Below are positions 16,287 through 25,597 of a DNA stretch of 44,499 nucleotides, in pieces. Made by a program: the position numbers and the translations under genes. Origin of the DNA: an uncultured Spirochaetaceae bacterium (GTDB lineage Bacteria > Spirochaetota > Spirochaetia > SZUA-6 > RPPD01). The stretch lies in the NCBI GenBank assembly GCA_964554445.1, contig CAZKOS010000002.1, positions 35,293 through 79,791 on the forward strand, read 5' to 3'. Within the stretch, counting starts at the first letter, position 1, and the number at the start of each line of letters is the position of its first letter. The notes under the pieces were generated by a model, which worked only from the letters and a program-made list of their open reading frames with translations, searched no databases and was not told the DNA's origin.

Positions 16287-17429
16287 ATGAAACGGGTCAC
16301 GGCCGCGCGCTGCGCGCTGTCATTGTGCGTCCTTATTGCCTGGAGCTGCCGGACGGAAACGGTTTCCGTCGCGACGCCGCCGAACGCGTCGGCACCGGAA
16401 ACGATCAAAAAGATGAAGACGTACCTGGCGAACGCCTCTCAAAAAATGGAGGAGTTGGCCGTGTCCGAAGCCGCCAGCCTGTACGTGAACGCGCTGGCCC
16501 TGAAGGAAAGCCTCGCCCGCCCGCCGCAGACCGTGCTCGAGCTCGCGGCCGAGGCGGAGACCGCGCTCTCCAAAATCGAGGCGGGCTGTCTGCTGCAGGC
16601 CGGCGCCGATTGGCTCAACGCGGACGCGGTTCAGATCGCCGCCGGCTCGACGGGCGCGCTCGTCTCCCCCAAGGTGACGCTGTGGTACAATGTGGACGGC
16701 TCGCGGATCGCCGTGTCGGCCGCGCCCGTCGTTTTCACGGTGAAGCAGGGACCGGCCCGGATCGCCGGAACCGGCTTGACGGTCACGAACGAATACGGCG
16801 AGGCGTCGATCCCGCCGCCCGCGATATCCGATCCCTCGCGGGAAACAGTCCTCAATGCCGCGGTTGTTTTTTCGGCGGGCGGGTACCGGTATCCGTTCCG
16901 CCAGACGAAACTCGACCTCGTCTACCGCCCGCCCGCCAAACGGGCGGTGATCCTCGTCCTCGAGCGGGACGACGAGGGCCTGGCGAACGACGATCCGTAC
17001 GTCCTCGATCCCGTCTACGGCGCCTTGAGGAAAATGGATTTCGACTTCAGCCAGTACAACGGGCGGCTCCTGGGCGACGAATTCATGAAGGTGTACGGCG
17101 GCGATCCGGCGGCGATCAAAAAACTCAGCCTGGAGCGGAACGTCCCCTACCTGGCGATGGTGCTCAACGATTGCTACTCCGTGCGCCGCCAGGGGAATTT
17201 GAGCATTTTCGTGAGCGAGGGACGGGCGACCCTGCGCATCATCAGGGCCGCCGACGGAAAGATCCTCTTCGAAGCGGTCGGCTACGCCGACCGGAAACAC
17301 GACAACTACGGGCAAGGCAATTCGCACGACAACGCGGCGCGGGCCGCCTACAAGCGCGCGACCGCCGGGCTCGTCACGGCACTGTCGGAGAAAGCGACGG
17401 AACTGAACGAGGCCCTGGGCTCGGAATAG
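16287..17429 (+). CDS. lipoprotein, unknown function
   Basis: 380 aa. MKRVTAARCALSLCVLIAWSC signal/lipobox. The C-terminal half looks like an alpha/beta periplasmic module. Confidence 0.65.
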   Translation: MKRVTAARCALSLCVLIAWSCRTETVSVATPPNASAPETIKKMKTYLANASQKMEELAVSEAASLYVNALALKESLARPPQTVLELAAEAETALSKIEAGCLLQAGADWLNADAVQIAAGSTGALVSPKVTLWYNVDGSRIAVSAAPVVFTVKQGPARIAGTGLTVTNEYGEASIPPPAISDPSRETVLNAAVVFSAGGYRYPFRQTKLDLVYRPPAKRAVILVLERDDEGLANDDPYVLDPVYGALRKMDFDFSQYNGRLLGDEFMKVYGGDPAAIKKLSLERNVPYLAMVLNDCYSVRRQGNLSIFVSEGRATLRIIRAADGKILFEAVGYADRKHDNYGQGNSHDNAARAAYKRATAGLVTALSEKATELNEALGSE

Positions 17430-17436
17430 GGTATCG

Positions 17437-17721
17437 TCACAGAATCCTCTCAAAGTACTCAATGACGATGTCGACCAGCTCATCCGATGCGTAGCGCAGT
17501 CCATTGAACAGGATCCAGAGGTAGGGATTCTGGTCGTACCAGCGTTGCTTCCTGATCTCCAGCGGGTATTCCTCCGCGAACCGGTCCAGCAGCACGCCGT
17601 CGTATTCCTTCACGAGATCCATGAGATCCCTCACGATTTTTTCGCGCAGGGGACGATCCACGTGCTGCAGGTACCCGAGGTAATACCGTAATTTCCGGTT
17701 GGCGTCGTACCAGCGATTCAT
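17437..17721 (-). CDS. hypothetical protein (94 aa) with duplicated RWYD motif
   Basis: ORF shares a 1-nt ATGA-type overlap with the upstream 538-aa gene. MNRWYDANRK and KQRWYDQNPY motifs. No family recognised. Confidence 0.6.
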   Translation of the reverse strand: MNRWYDANRKLRYYLGYLQHVDRPLREKIVRDLMDLVKEYDGVLLDRFAEEYPLEIRKQRWYDQNPYLWILFNGLRYASDELVDIVIEYFERIL

Positions 17722-19337
17722 CAGCCCCCCGCCGGGCGCCGCACTACCGCGTCGGCGGCCGGCACCGGCCGACGGATGACGGTGAAGTTTTTCATGATGT
17801 CGAGGAACCGGATGATCGCGTCCCTGTCCGCGGCGAGGCGCTTCATGATTTCCGGGTTGCGGTCCCCGCCGATCACGCGGATGTTGCTCACGATGGCCGG
17901 CGTCAGTTGTTTGGCGTCGGAGAGGAGCTCGTCGAGCGAAATTCTGAAGCGCACGAATGAATTGACCGTCGCTTCAATGAGACGCGCGACGTTGTCATTG
18001 ATCGTTTCAACCAGCTTGTTGAGCGAGGCCGACACCGTTTTTCCGTTTTTGTGCTTCTCCAGGTACTCGGTCACTTTCGCCACGCTCACCTCGCCCGCCT
18101 CTCCCAATGAACTTTCGAGCAGCGTTATTTTTTCGACCGCGCCCAGCGTCTCGTGGAAGAGGGTGATGAATCTGTCTTTGAACGATTTCTGCTCGAAATA
18201 TCCCTCGATCACGAGCTGCTCCAGGTGCCCCTTGATGGTTTTTTCGTAATGAAGGACGACGAAGCTCTTGAGGATGCGCAGGGCCTGGAGGTGGGTGAAC
18301 GACTGAAAGCCTTCCGCCTGCAGCTCGTTTGACAGCCCCTCCGCGTATCCGCGCGCCTCCAGCAGCTTCGTCTCGCCGAAGAGGAGGGACACGTCTCCGG
18401 CCACCTGGCTTTGGGATCGTTCGCGGACGAGTTTTTCGCGCTCGAGCTCGAAACGGGAGAGGATCCTCGTTTTATATAATTCCAGCGAGGCCGCCGCGAC
18501 GCGATCGGCGGGGAGGGTCAGCCGCGGATCCTCCCCCGACAGCCGGATCAGGCAGAGGAGCGTATCCTTGGAAAGTTGTTTTTTTCGAAGCGTGCCGAGC
18601 AGGGAGACGATTTTTTTGATTTTATCCTCGCCGTCCCGGTCCGGCTTTTTCCGGTAGCGGCGATAAAGGACGACCAGGTTTTCAGCCACGTTTTTCCCGA
18701 CGTCGAGCTCGGCGATGGAAAAGTAGAAGTCCATGAGCTCCTGGGTCAGGTTCTTGGCGAGCACGGGGACGAACGACGGCTTGTAGCGCCGGTCCATGGA
18801 GGCGATGCCGGGATCGAAAAACGAGAGGATTTTTTCGAACGGGTAGCGGCTCAAGAGCGCCAGCCGCTCGAGGTTGGCGAATTCCTCGTCGCAGGTCGCG
18901 AATTCGGGCTGCCGGAAGAGCGCGAGGTGGGCCTCGAATTCGCGGGTGATATCGGCCAGCGTCTCCCGGAAGGAAGGCGATCGCGCAAGGCGCGCCTTCA
19001 TGGAGGAGTAGGTAAAATCGTTCTTCTTGTAGCGGTCCCTTTCATCGAGCTTGGCTTCCACCAGGTGATCGCGGTAGAGCTCGGCCATCCTTCCGTTTTC
19101 ATTCAGAATCGTTTTTTGAAAGAGTCCGCTCAAGGTGCGGGCGTATTGACTGAAGCGGTAGACGGCCTCGGCGAAGGCGGGGAGGACCTCGTTCGTGCGC
19201 GGGCGGTAGAAGGAGGGGTTGCGCTGGCGCAGCTCGCGCCAGACTTTTTTCATTTCCCGGTGAAGGCGTGACGTCTTGACATTGCCGGTGAAAAGCGAAG
19301 CGAAAAGATCGTGGATAAAATTGAGTAGTTCGGACAT
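17721..19337 (-). CDS. large alpha-helical hypothetical protein
   Basis: 538 aa from the ATG at 19337 (MSELLNFIHDLF). The track ORF extends to a TTG at 19376. No catalytic motif recognised. Confidence 0.7.
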   Translation of the reverse strand: MSELLNFIHDLFASLFTGNVKTSRLHREMKKVWRELRQRNPSFYRPRTNEVLPAFAEAVYRFSQYARTLSGLFQKTILNENGRMAELYRDHLVEAKLDERDRYKKNDFTYSSMKARLARSPSFRETLADITREFEAHLALFRQPEFATCDEEFANLERLALLSRYPFEKILSFFDPGIASMDRRYKPSFVPVLAKNLTQELMDFYFSIAELDVGKNVAENLVVLYRRYRKKPDRDGEDKIKKIVSLLGTLRKKQLSKDTLLCLIRLSGEDPRLTLPADRVAAASLELYKTRILSRFELEREKLVRERSQSQVAGDVSLLFGETKLLEARGYAEGLSNELQAEGFQSFTHLQALRILKSFVVLHYEKTIKGHLEQLVIEGYFEQKSFKDRFITLFHETLGAVEKITLLESSLGEAGEVSVAKVTEYLEKHKNGKTVSASLNKLVETINDNVARLIEATVNSFVRFRISLDELLSDAKQLTPAIVSNIRVIGGDRNPEIMKRLAADRDAIIRFLDIMKNFTVIRRPVPAADAVVRRPAGG

Positions 19338-19391
19338 GCCACGGTAAAGTCTATTACTTTTACGGGCGGGCTGCAAATTTTTGGTATCTGA

Positions 19392-20402
19392 TTACTCTGT
19401 GAGCTCCCCCGCCAGGTAGCGCTCGACCAAAAGTTCGTATTCGCGCAGCGAAGCGGCGACGTTGGCCGCCCGGCGGAGCGCGCCGGCGTGCTCCAGTCCG
19501 ACGACGTAGCGGGCGAAATGTTTTCGCATCTCCCGCGCCGCGACCGCCTCGGGCTTGCGGGCCATGAGGAGTTCGAGGTGGCGCAGGGCGGTGCGGAGTC
19601 TCGCCGCCGCCGGACGCGGGGCCGTCCGCCCGCCGCCCCCCAACAGCAGGCGGGTGTCCTCGAAAATGAAGGGATTGCCGACGGCGCCGCGGGCGAACAT
19701 CACCCCGTCGCAACCCGTCGTCGTGAGGAGACGCAGCGCGTCGTCGGGCGTGAACAGGTCGCCCGAACCGACGACCGGCAGCGCGCCCAGGCTCTCCTTC
19801 AATTTTTTCAGGTGCGTCCAGTCGGCCCGTCCGCCGAATCCCTGCGCCCGGGTGCGCGGGTGCAGGGTGACCAGGCAAGCCCCCGCCGCCGCGGCCTCTT
19901 CCGCCGCCTCAAGGTAGGTGAGCGCGCCCGCGTCCCAGCCGAGTCGCAGCTTCACCGACACCGGAACCGGGCTCGACCCGGCCATGGCCCGCACAATCTC
20001 CCCGATTTTTTTCGGCTCCCGGAGGAGCTGCGCGCCGGAGCCGGTTTTGAGGATTTTCGGCACCGAACAGCCGCAGTTCAGGTCGAAGAGGGCCGGTCGC
20101 GCGGTTTCGAGCACCGTCACCGCCGCGGCCGCCGCGGCGGCGTCGCCGGTGAAGATCTGGATGCCGAAGGAAGTCCCTTCCGCGGAAATCTCCCCGGGCG
20201 CGGGCAGCGCCAGGCGGACGGTTTTTTCATTGCCGCGCCTGACGGCTTCAGCCGATACCATTTCCGTAAACGCGAAATCGGCGCCGCATTCGGCCGCGAT
20301 CGTGCGGAACGCCGGGTCGGTGTAGCCCGCCATGGGCGCGAGCATGAGGTTGCCTTTGATCGCGCCGCGGGATAAGGGGATGGGATGGATGAGAGCGGTC
20401 AC
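19392..20402 (-). CDS. dus: tRNA-dihydrouridine synthase
   Basis: 336 aa. LAPMAGYTDPAFR and DLNCGCSVPKI (catalytic Cys) motifs of the Dus family. GTG start. Confidence 0.93.
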   Translation of the reverse strand: MTALIHPIPLSRGAIKGNLMLAPMAGYTDPAFRTIAAECGADFAFTEMVSAEAVRRGNEKTVRLALPAPGEISAEGTSFGIQIFTGDAAAAAAAVTVLETARPALFDLNCGCSVPKILKTGSGAQLLREPKKIGEIVRAMAGSSPVPVSVKLRLGWDAGALTYLEAAEEAAAAGACLVTLHPRTRAQGFGGRADWTHLKKLKESLGALPVVGSGDLFTPDDALRLLTTTGCDGVMFARGAVGNPFIFEDTRLLLGGGGRTAPRPAAARLRTALRHLELLMARKPEAVAAREMRKHFARYVVGLEHAGALRRAANVAASLREYELLVERYLAGELTE

Positions 20403-20427
20403 GTGAAATTTCGAGGAGCGGCGGCGT

Positions 20428-21213
20428 TCACACCGATTTCATGTCGATATTGAAAAACTTGAGGCTGTTGGCGGTGAGTTGGTCGGCCATTTCCTCCAGG
20501 GAAACGCCGCGCAACTCGGCGACGAATTTGGCCGTTTCGACGAGATACGAGGGCTTGTTGCGTTTTCCGCGATACAGCGCCGGCACCATGAAGGGGGATT
20601 CCGTCTCTATGAGCATCCGCTCCGCCGGCATGTTCCTGGCGGTTTCATGCAGGTTTTTGGCGTTCCGGTAGGTGACGTTTCCGGCGAAGGAGATGTACAG
20701 GTCCAGTTCGAGCGCCCGTTTGGCGTACTCGTAGTCTTCCGAGTAGCAGTGGAGAATGCCGCCCTTGGGGGGGAGCTTCTCGCGGAGAATGTTGAGCACG
20801 TCGTCGCCGGCCTCGCGGTTGTGGATGATGACCGGCAGGTCGAGCCGCGCCGCGAGCTCGAGCTGGTGAATGAAAAGCTCAATCTGCGAGTCGCGGTCGC
20901 CGAACTTGCGGTAGTAATCCAGTCCGATCTCGCCGATGGCCACGATACGTTTCAGGGTGGCGGCGCCCTCGCTGATCTTCGTTTCCCAATCGCCGCCCGG
21001 GTGGGACACTTCCGAAGGAGAAACGCCGATGGCGTGGAAAACATGGGATTCGGTCTTCAAGTTTTCGTAAATCTGGAAGAAATCCCTCAGATTGTTCGAA
21101 ATACTCACGATCCCGACGATGTCTTCCTGCTTGGCTTCCTGAACGATGATCATCTGTTCGATCGGATCCTCGTTGATGAGCCCAATATGCGCATGTGTAT
21201 CGAATAACTGCAT
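20428..21213 (-). CDS. tatD: TatD family metal-dependent hydrolase
   Basis: 261 aa. FDTHAH, IGEIGLDYY, VIIHNREA and HCY motifs. Confidence 0.93.
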   Translation of the reverse strand: MQLFDTHAHIGLINEDPIEQMIIVQEAKQEDIVGIVSISNNLRDFFQIYENLKTESHVFHAIGVSPSEVSHPGGDWETKISEGAATLKRIVAIGEIGLDYYRKFGDRDSQIELFIHQLELAARLDLPVIIHNREAGDDVLNILREKLPPKGGILHCYSEDYEYAKRALELDLYISFAGNVTYRNAKNLHETARNMPAERMLIETESPFMVPALYRGKRNKPSYLVETAKFVAELRGVSLEEMADQLTANSLKFFNIDMKSV

Positions 21214-21368
21214 AACGCTCCAAGAAATTAATAATTGTATTGGCAGATCCTATGTTAACGGAAGCCGGTGCGAGGCCTCATTCACGAGAAAGAGGTGCGG
21301 GTGGCCCCCCGGGAACTTCATAAAGTAAAAGCATAGCACGAAGTGTCAATGGAGTCAATAAATTTTAT

Positions 21369-21397
21369 TTGACAATTTGGAGGGTCAATGTTAGTGT
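21369..21397 (+). promoter_or_regulatory. putative sigma70 promoter of the M23/bactofilin block
   Basis: TTGACA 21369-21374, 17-nt spacer, TAGTGT 21392-21397. SD AAGAGGA lies before the ATG at 21425. Confidence 0.45.
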
Positions 21398-21424
21398 TGA
21401 ATCGACGTTAATAAAGAGGAATTC

Positions 21425-22456
21425 ATGTCCCCAGTGCATAATTACAAGCGGCTTGAGGCGCTTGCTGTTCATACATTCGGTAAAAAACTCCGCGCATTGT
21501 TCATGGCGATCAGCCAGACCTTCCGCAATGTCCATCGCGCCGGCAAACAGCGTTTTACCGTGATGTTCATTCCGCACTCGGAGAAAAAAATCTTCAATTT
21601 CCAGGTCTCGATCTACTCGCTCACCTTTTTTCTCCTTTTGGTCGTGATGATCGTCGTCGTTATTTTCTTTCTCTCCACCCAGATGACCTACACGGAAGTC
21701 AGGGCGGCCCGTGACAAACAGCAGATGGCCGAGGACGAGGAATTCAAGAACGAATACCGGGAAACGATGGTCGACGTCGTCCGTTCCACCGCCGATTTCC
21801 GCGACCTGATGGGAAATCTTCTTCTCCTCACCAATCCCGACCTGGCGTCGCGTTATTTCGACACGAGCGCGGGCGGAAATCCCGGGCTGCCCGGCGAGGG
21901 CGCCGCCATCTCCGACAACACGCGCGAGCTCAACGACCTCAAAAAGCTGGTCATCCTCTTCAAGAACGCCGAGATCCCGATCAAAGCCATCATGAGCCGG
22001 GTGAAGGAACAGAACAAGGTCTTCATCGACATTCCCACGGCCTGGCCGCTCAAGGAAAAGGGGTTCATCACGTTCGGGTTCGGTCCGCAGATTCATCCCA
22101 TCCATGGGTACTGGTACATCCACAAGGGCATCGACATCGTCTATCGGCGCGGAGCGGACGTTTTGGCCGCCGCTTCGGGCAAGGTGTTGAGGGTGCAGCT
22201 TGATCCGCTCGGCTACGGGAACTATATTATAATCAGCCATAAATACGGTTTCAGCACATTATACGCGCATCTGGACGCCGTATACGTTCAGAAGGGGCAG
22301 GAAGTGGAGCGTGGAACGGTGATCGGCGCGCTGGGGGCGACCGGCCTGGTGACGGGCCCCCACCTGCATTACGAAGTGCGCCTGGGAAACCAGGCGGTCG
22401 ACCCGATGCTCTTCCTCGACATGGAGAATTCGGATCGATCCGAAATTTTGAAATAG
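21425..22456 (+). CDS. M23 (LytM) family peptidoglycan endopeptidase, membrane anchored
   Basis: 343 aa. N-terminal TM helix, coiled region, and C-terminal HKGIDI...GNYIIISH...YAHL...GATGLVTGPHLHYEV. Confidence 0.9.
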   Translation: MSPVHNYKRLEALAVHTFGKKLRALFMAISQTFRNVHRAGKQRFTVMFIPHSEKKIFNFQVSIYSLTFFLLLVVMIVVVIFFLSTQMTYTEVRAARDKQQMAEDEEFKNEYRETMVDVVRSTADFRDLMGNLLLLTNPDLASRYFDTSAGGNPGLPGEGAAISDNTRELNDLKKLVILFKNAEIPIKAIMSRVKEQNKVFIDIPTAWPLKEKGFITFGFGPQIHPIHGYWYIHKGIDIVYRRGADVLAAASGKVLRVQLDPLGYGNYIIISHKYGFSTLYAHLDAVYVQKGQEVERGTVIGALGATGLVTGPHLHYEVRLGNQAVDPMLFLDMENSDRSEILK

Positions 22457-22465
22457 ACGGAGCCT

Positions 22466-22945
22466 ATGGCGGACGAATTGGTATCTCTCATAGACGACTC
22501 AATGTATTCAATCATCGGGGAAGGAACGCGCCTGCGCGGAGATTTCGAAGTGAAGGGGCTCCTCCGCATCGACGGGGATTTCTGCGGCTCAATCCGCACG
22601 AGCGGCAAGATCCTGGTGAGCAAGAACGGCCGCGCCGACTGCTCCATCAATGGGAACATCGTCGTCATCGGCGGAATCGTCCGGGGGACGATCATCGCCC
22701 ACCATTCGGTCGAAATCCTGAGCTCCGCCGTGGTCATCGGCACCGTCATCGCGCCCCGACTGATCGTTCACGAGAACGTCCTGCTGCAGGGAACGTGCCG
22801 GGTGACGGCGGACGCGGAGCGTTTCCAGAACGCGGTCCGGCTCGTCGAGGAGCAGCTGGCGTCGAGGGACGGGCGCGCGCCGCGGCCCCCCGCCTACGCG
22901 TCGGCCGTTGAAACGGAAAGGGTCAGGGAGCGGATCGCCCAATGA
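22466..22945 (+). CDS. bactofilin (DUF583) cytoskeletal protein
   Basis: 159 aa. Repetitive beta-helix pattern G.F.G.I......V...G...G.I. 10 nt after the M23 gene. Confidence 0.9.
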   Translation: MADELVSLIDDSMYSIIGEGTRLRGDFEVKGLLRIDGDFCGSIRTSGKILVSKNGRADCSINGNIVVIGGIVRGTIIAHHSVEILSSAVVIGTVIAPRLIVHENVLLQGTCRVTADAERFQNAVRLVEEQLASRDGRAPRPPAYASAVETERVRERIAQ

Positions 22946-22975
22946 CGGCGCGCGGAACGGGGTGCGCCAGGGACC

Positions 22976-23458
22976 ATGGATAAGATCGATTCGGTCGGAG
23001 AGTCAATCACCAATAAATCGCTGCGGAAGAAAAACCGTAAGAAAAAAGGGGAGGCCGTCGGCTCGTTTTCGTCGCTCCTGCGTTCCGCGGCCGGCGGGGC
23101 GGAAGCCGTCGATTTTACCTACGAGGGGGAAGCGGCCGCCGAGCCGCTCGACGAACTGCTCGACGACGTCACGGCCCTGGGCGACGCCCTGGCGGCCGCT
23201 CCCACGCTTGAAAACGTCCGGCGTTACCGCGAGGGAATCAGGCGCTTCATGAAGTACCTGGTCGATCACGTGCTGTCCGTCGAGGAGCGGACGTCGGGCG
23301 CCAATATTCTCAAGCGGAAGAAGTACCTGTTGATCAAAACGGTCGACGAGAAACTGGAATCCCTGGCCCGGGCCTTCTTGATTTGCCAGAAGCCTTCCAT
23401 CGACCTGGCGGGCCGGGTCAATGAAATCAACGGATTGCTCGTCGATCTGCTGCGTTAA
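22976..23458 (+). CDS. YaaR/DUF327 family protein
   Basis: 160 aa. The C-terminal pattern ...YREGIRRFMKYLV...IKTVDEKLESLA...NEINGLLVDLL resembles YaaR. It precedes a PSP1/YaaT homologue, as in Bacillus. Confidence 0.7.
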   Translation: MDKIDSVGESITNKSLRKKNRKKKGEAVGSFSSLLRSAAGGAEAVDFTYEGEAAAEPLDELLDDVTALGDALAAAPTLENVRRYREGIRRFMKYLVDHVLSVEERTSGANILKRKKYLLIKTVDEKLESLARAFLICQKPSIDLAGRVNEINGLLVDLLR

Positions 23459-23514
23459 GGGGGGCCGGAGGCGAACCCGCGGCGGGAGCCGCCCGGGCCC
23501 ATGAGGAGGATGTC

Positions 23515-24465
23515 GTGAATCAGGATAATCATACGGTTACGCACGAGGAGACGACGGCGCAATCCGCCGCTTCCCAGAAATCGGGAACTCCCGGTCCGGC
23601 GCCGGGTGCGCCCGAAAAAAAGCTCTATCTCGTCAAGATGCTTCATTCCCATGAGACGATCGTGGGCCTCGCCGACAATGAGCTCACCGTGGCCGCCGGC
23701 GACGACGTCATCGTCTCGAGCAAGCACGGCAAGGACCTGGGCCGCGTCCTGCTCGCGCTCGAGCGGTCGCCCGGCAACGAGGGAGAGGAAATCCACAGCA
23801 TCCACCGGATCGCCTCCGAACAGGATCTGAAAAAACTGGAGGCCAACCGGGTGAAGGAGGAACAGGCCTTCCGCCTCTGCCAGAAAAAGATCCAGGAGCA
23901 CAACCTCGACATGAAGCTCGTGTCGACCCACTACCTGCTCGACGAGTCGAAAGTGCTCTTTTTCTTCACCGCCGACAATCGCATCGATTTCCGCGAGCTG
24001 GTGAAGGACCTGGTGGCGGTGTTCAAGATGCGGATCGAGCTCAGGCAGATCGGCGTGCGCGACGAGGCCCGGGTCGTGGGAGGCATCGGGATCTGCGGTC
24101 GCGCCTTCTGCTGCCACTCGGTCAATGACCGGCTCAACCCGGTGTCGATCAAGATGGCGAAGGAACAGAACATATCTCTCAATTCGCTGAAAATATCCGG
24201 TCCCTGCGGCCGGCTCCTGTGCTGCCTCGGGTACGAGCATGAGTTCTACCAGTGCGAAAAAAGGAATCTTCCGTCTGAGGGGCTGCAGTTTACGGTCAAC
24301 AACGAGTCCTTCTCCATCACGGAGGTCAACGTCCTGAAGAGAACCATTCGGCTCCAGGGCGGCGGCCGGACGCTCAAGCTTCCCTTCAATCTCTTCCACT
24401 TGAGCGAGGAGGGTCGGTGGACGATCGACCAGAAACTGCTGGCCGAATACCTCCCCGGGGCGTAA
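23515..24465 (+). CDS. PSP1 C-terminal domain protein (YaaT/RicT-like)
   Basis: 316 aa. ELRQIGVRDEARVVGGIGICGRAFCCHS and GPCGRLLCCLGYEH Cys motifs. GTG start. Confidence 0.9.
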   Translation: MNQDNHTVTHEETTAQSAASQKSGTPGPAPGAPEKKLYLVKMLHSHETIVGLADNELTVAAGDDVIVSSKHGKDLGRVLLALERSPGNEGEEIHSIHRIASEQDLKKLEANRVKEEQAFRLCQKKIQEHNLDMKLVSTHYLLDESKVLFFFTADNRIDFRELVKDLVAVFKMRIELRQIGVRDEARVVGGIGICGRAFCCHSVNDRLNPVSIKMAKEQNISLNSLKISGPCGRLLCCLGYEHEFYQCEKRNLPSEGLQFTVNNESFSITEVNVLKRTIRLQGGGRTLKLPFNLFHLSEEGRWTIDQKLLAEYLPGA

Positions 24466-24480
24466 GCGGCCGAGGCGACC

Positions 24481-24501
24481 GCCCGCCTCCGGGAGGCGGG
24501 C
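24481..24501. other. perfect GC hairpin after the PSP1 gene
   Basis: GCCCGCCTC-CGG-GAGGCGGGC with no U tract. Could be a stabiliser or weak terminator. Confidence 0.35.
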
Positions 24502-24529
24502 CGATACTGACCAAAGGAACAAGAAAACG

Positions 24530-25597
24530 ATGATCGTCGGTGGAAAACATTACCGGAGCGCGTGGCTCGAAGGGGGCACGGTGTTCATGCTGAACCAGTC
24601 CGTGCTTCCTCATCGCTTTGAGATTTTCGAGAGTCCCGATCACCAGCGCACCACCCGGGCCCTGTCGAATTATATCGTCCGCGGCGCGGGGGTGGTCGGC
24701 ACGGTGGCCGGGTTCGCCCTGGCCCAGGCGGTGCTCGAGGCCCCGGAGAAGGAATTCGATTCCTACATCGCGACGGCCGCGGAGGAGCTTCTCAAGCTCG
24801 CCGTCTCGCCCCATACCGTGGCTTATTCGGTCGAGCGGATTTACCGGAAGGTGAAGAAGGCCGCCGACCCGCACGCGGCGAAAAAGGCGGCGGTGGAGGA
24901 GGCGGAGGCCCTGGCCGAAGCCGACGTCAAAGCCTGCCTCAAGATCGGCGAGCTGGGGGCCGCCCTCATCGCCGACGGCACGCGCGTGCTCATTCACGGC
25001 AGCGGCGGCTGGCTTTCGAGCACCGACTGGGGCACCTCGCTCTCGGCGGTTTACCAGGCCAAGCGGGCGGGAAAAAACGCGTTCGTCTGGCTGGGGGAGG
25101 GGCGGCCCGGGTTCCAGGGGGCGCGCCTCATCGCCTGGGAGCTGAAGCAGGAGGACATCCCCTTCGCCCTCATCGCCGACGCGGCCGTGGGGTATTTCAT
25201 GAGCCGGGGCGAGGCCGATGTGGCGATCGTCGGCTGCGAACGCATCGCCCGGAACGGCGACGTTCTGGCGAGAATCGGAACGTACGAAAAAGCCGTTCTC
25301 GCCAAGGCGAACAAGATCCCGTTCTACGTGGCCGCCTCCCTCAAGAACGTGGACGCGCACTGCGCCACCGGCCGCAGTTTCCCGATCGTGGAGCGGAGCG
25401 AGGACGAGGTGGCGAAGATTACGGGCCGGGACGAGGTGAACGCCCTGCACACGATCACCGTGCTGCCCGAGGGCGTGACGGCCAGAAACCCGCACCACGA
25501 CGTGACCCCCGCCAAGTACGTCACCGGATACATCACCGAGAAGGGCATTCTCACCCTGGACAAGCTGAAGGCCCTGAAGGCCGAGGGAGCGGCGTGA
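24530..25597 (+). CDS. mtnA: S-methyl-5-thioribose-1-phosphate isomerase (eIF-2B alpha/beta/delta family)
   Basis: 355 aa. LNQSVLPHRFE, VRGAGVVG and VGCERIARNGDV...IGTY motifs. Confidence 0.88.
   Translation: MIVGGKHYRSAWLEGGTVFMLNQSVLPHRFEIFESPDHQRTTRALSNYIVRGAGVVGTVAGFALAQAVLEAPEKEFDSYIATAAEELLKLAVSPHTVAYSVERIYRKVKKAADPHAAKKAAVEEAEALAEADVKACLKIGELGAALIADGTRVLIHGSGGWLSSTDWGTSLSAVYQAKRAGKNAFVWLGEGRPGFQGARLIAWELKQEDIPFALIADAAVGYFMSRGEADVAIVGCERIARNGDVLARIGTYEKAVLAKANKIPFYVAASLKNVDAHCATGRSFPIVERSEDEVAKITGRDEVNALHTITVLPEGVTARNPHHDVTPAKYVTGYITEKGILTLDKLKALKAEGAA

Noticed and set aside
16320-17504. 394-aa minus-strand and 389-aa plus-strand alternative-frame ORFs over the 380-aa lipoprotein gene
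   Set aside because: Arg/Gly/Pro-rich low-complexity translations. The lipobox-bearing frame is the more protein-like one.
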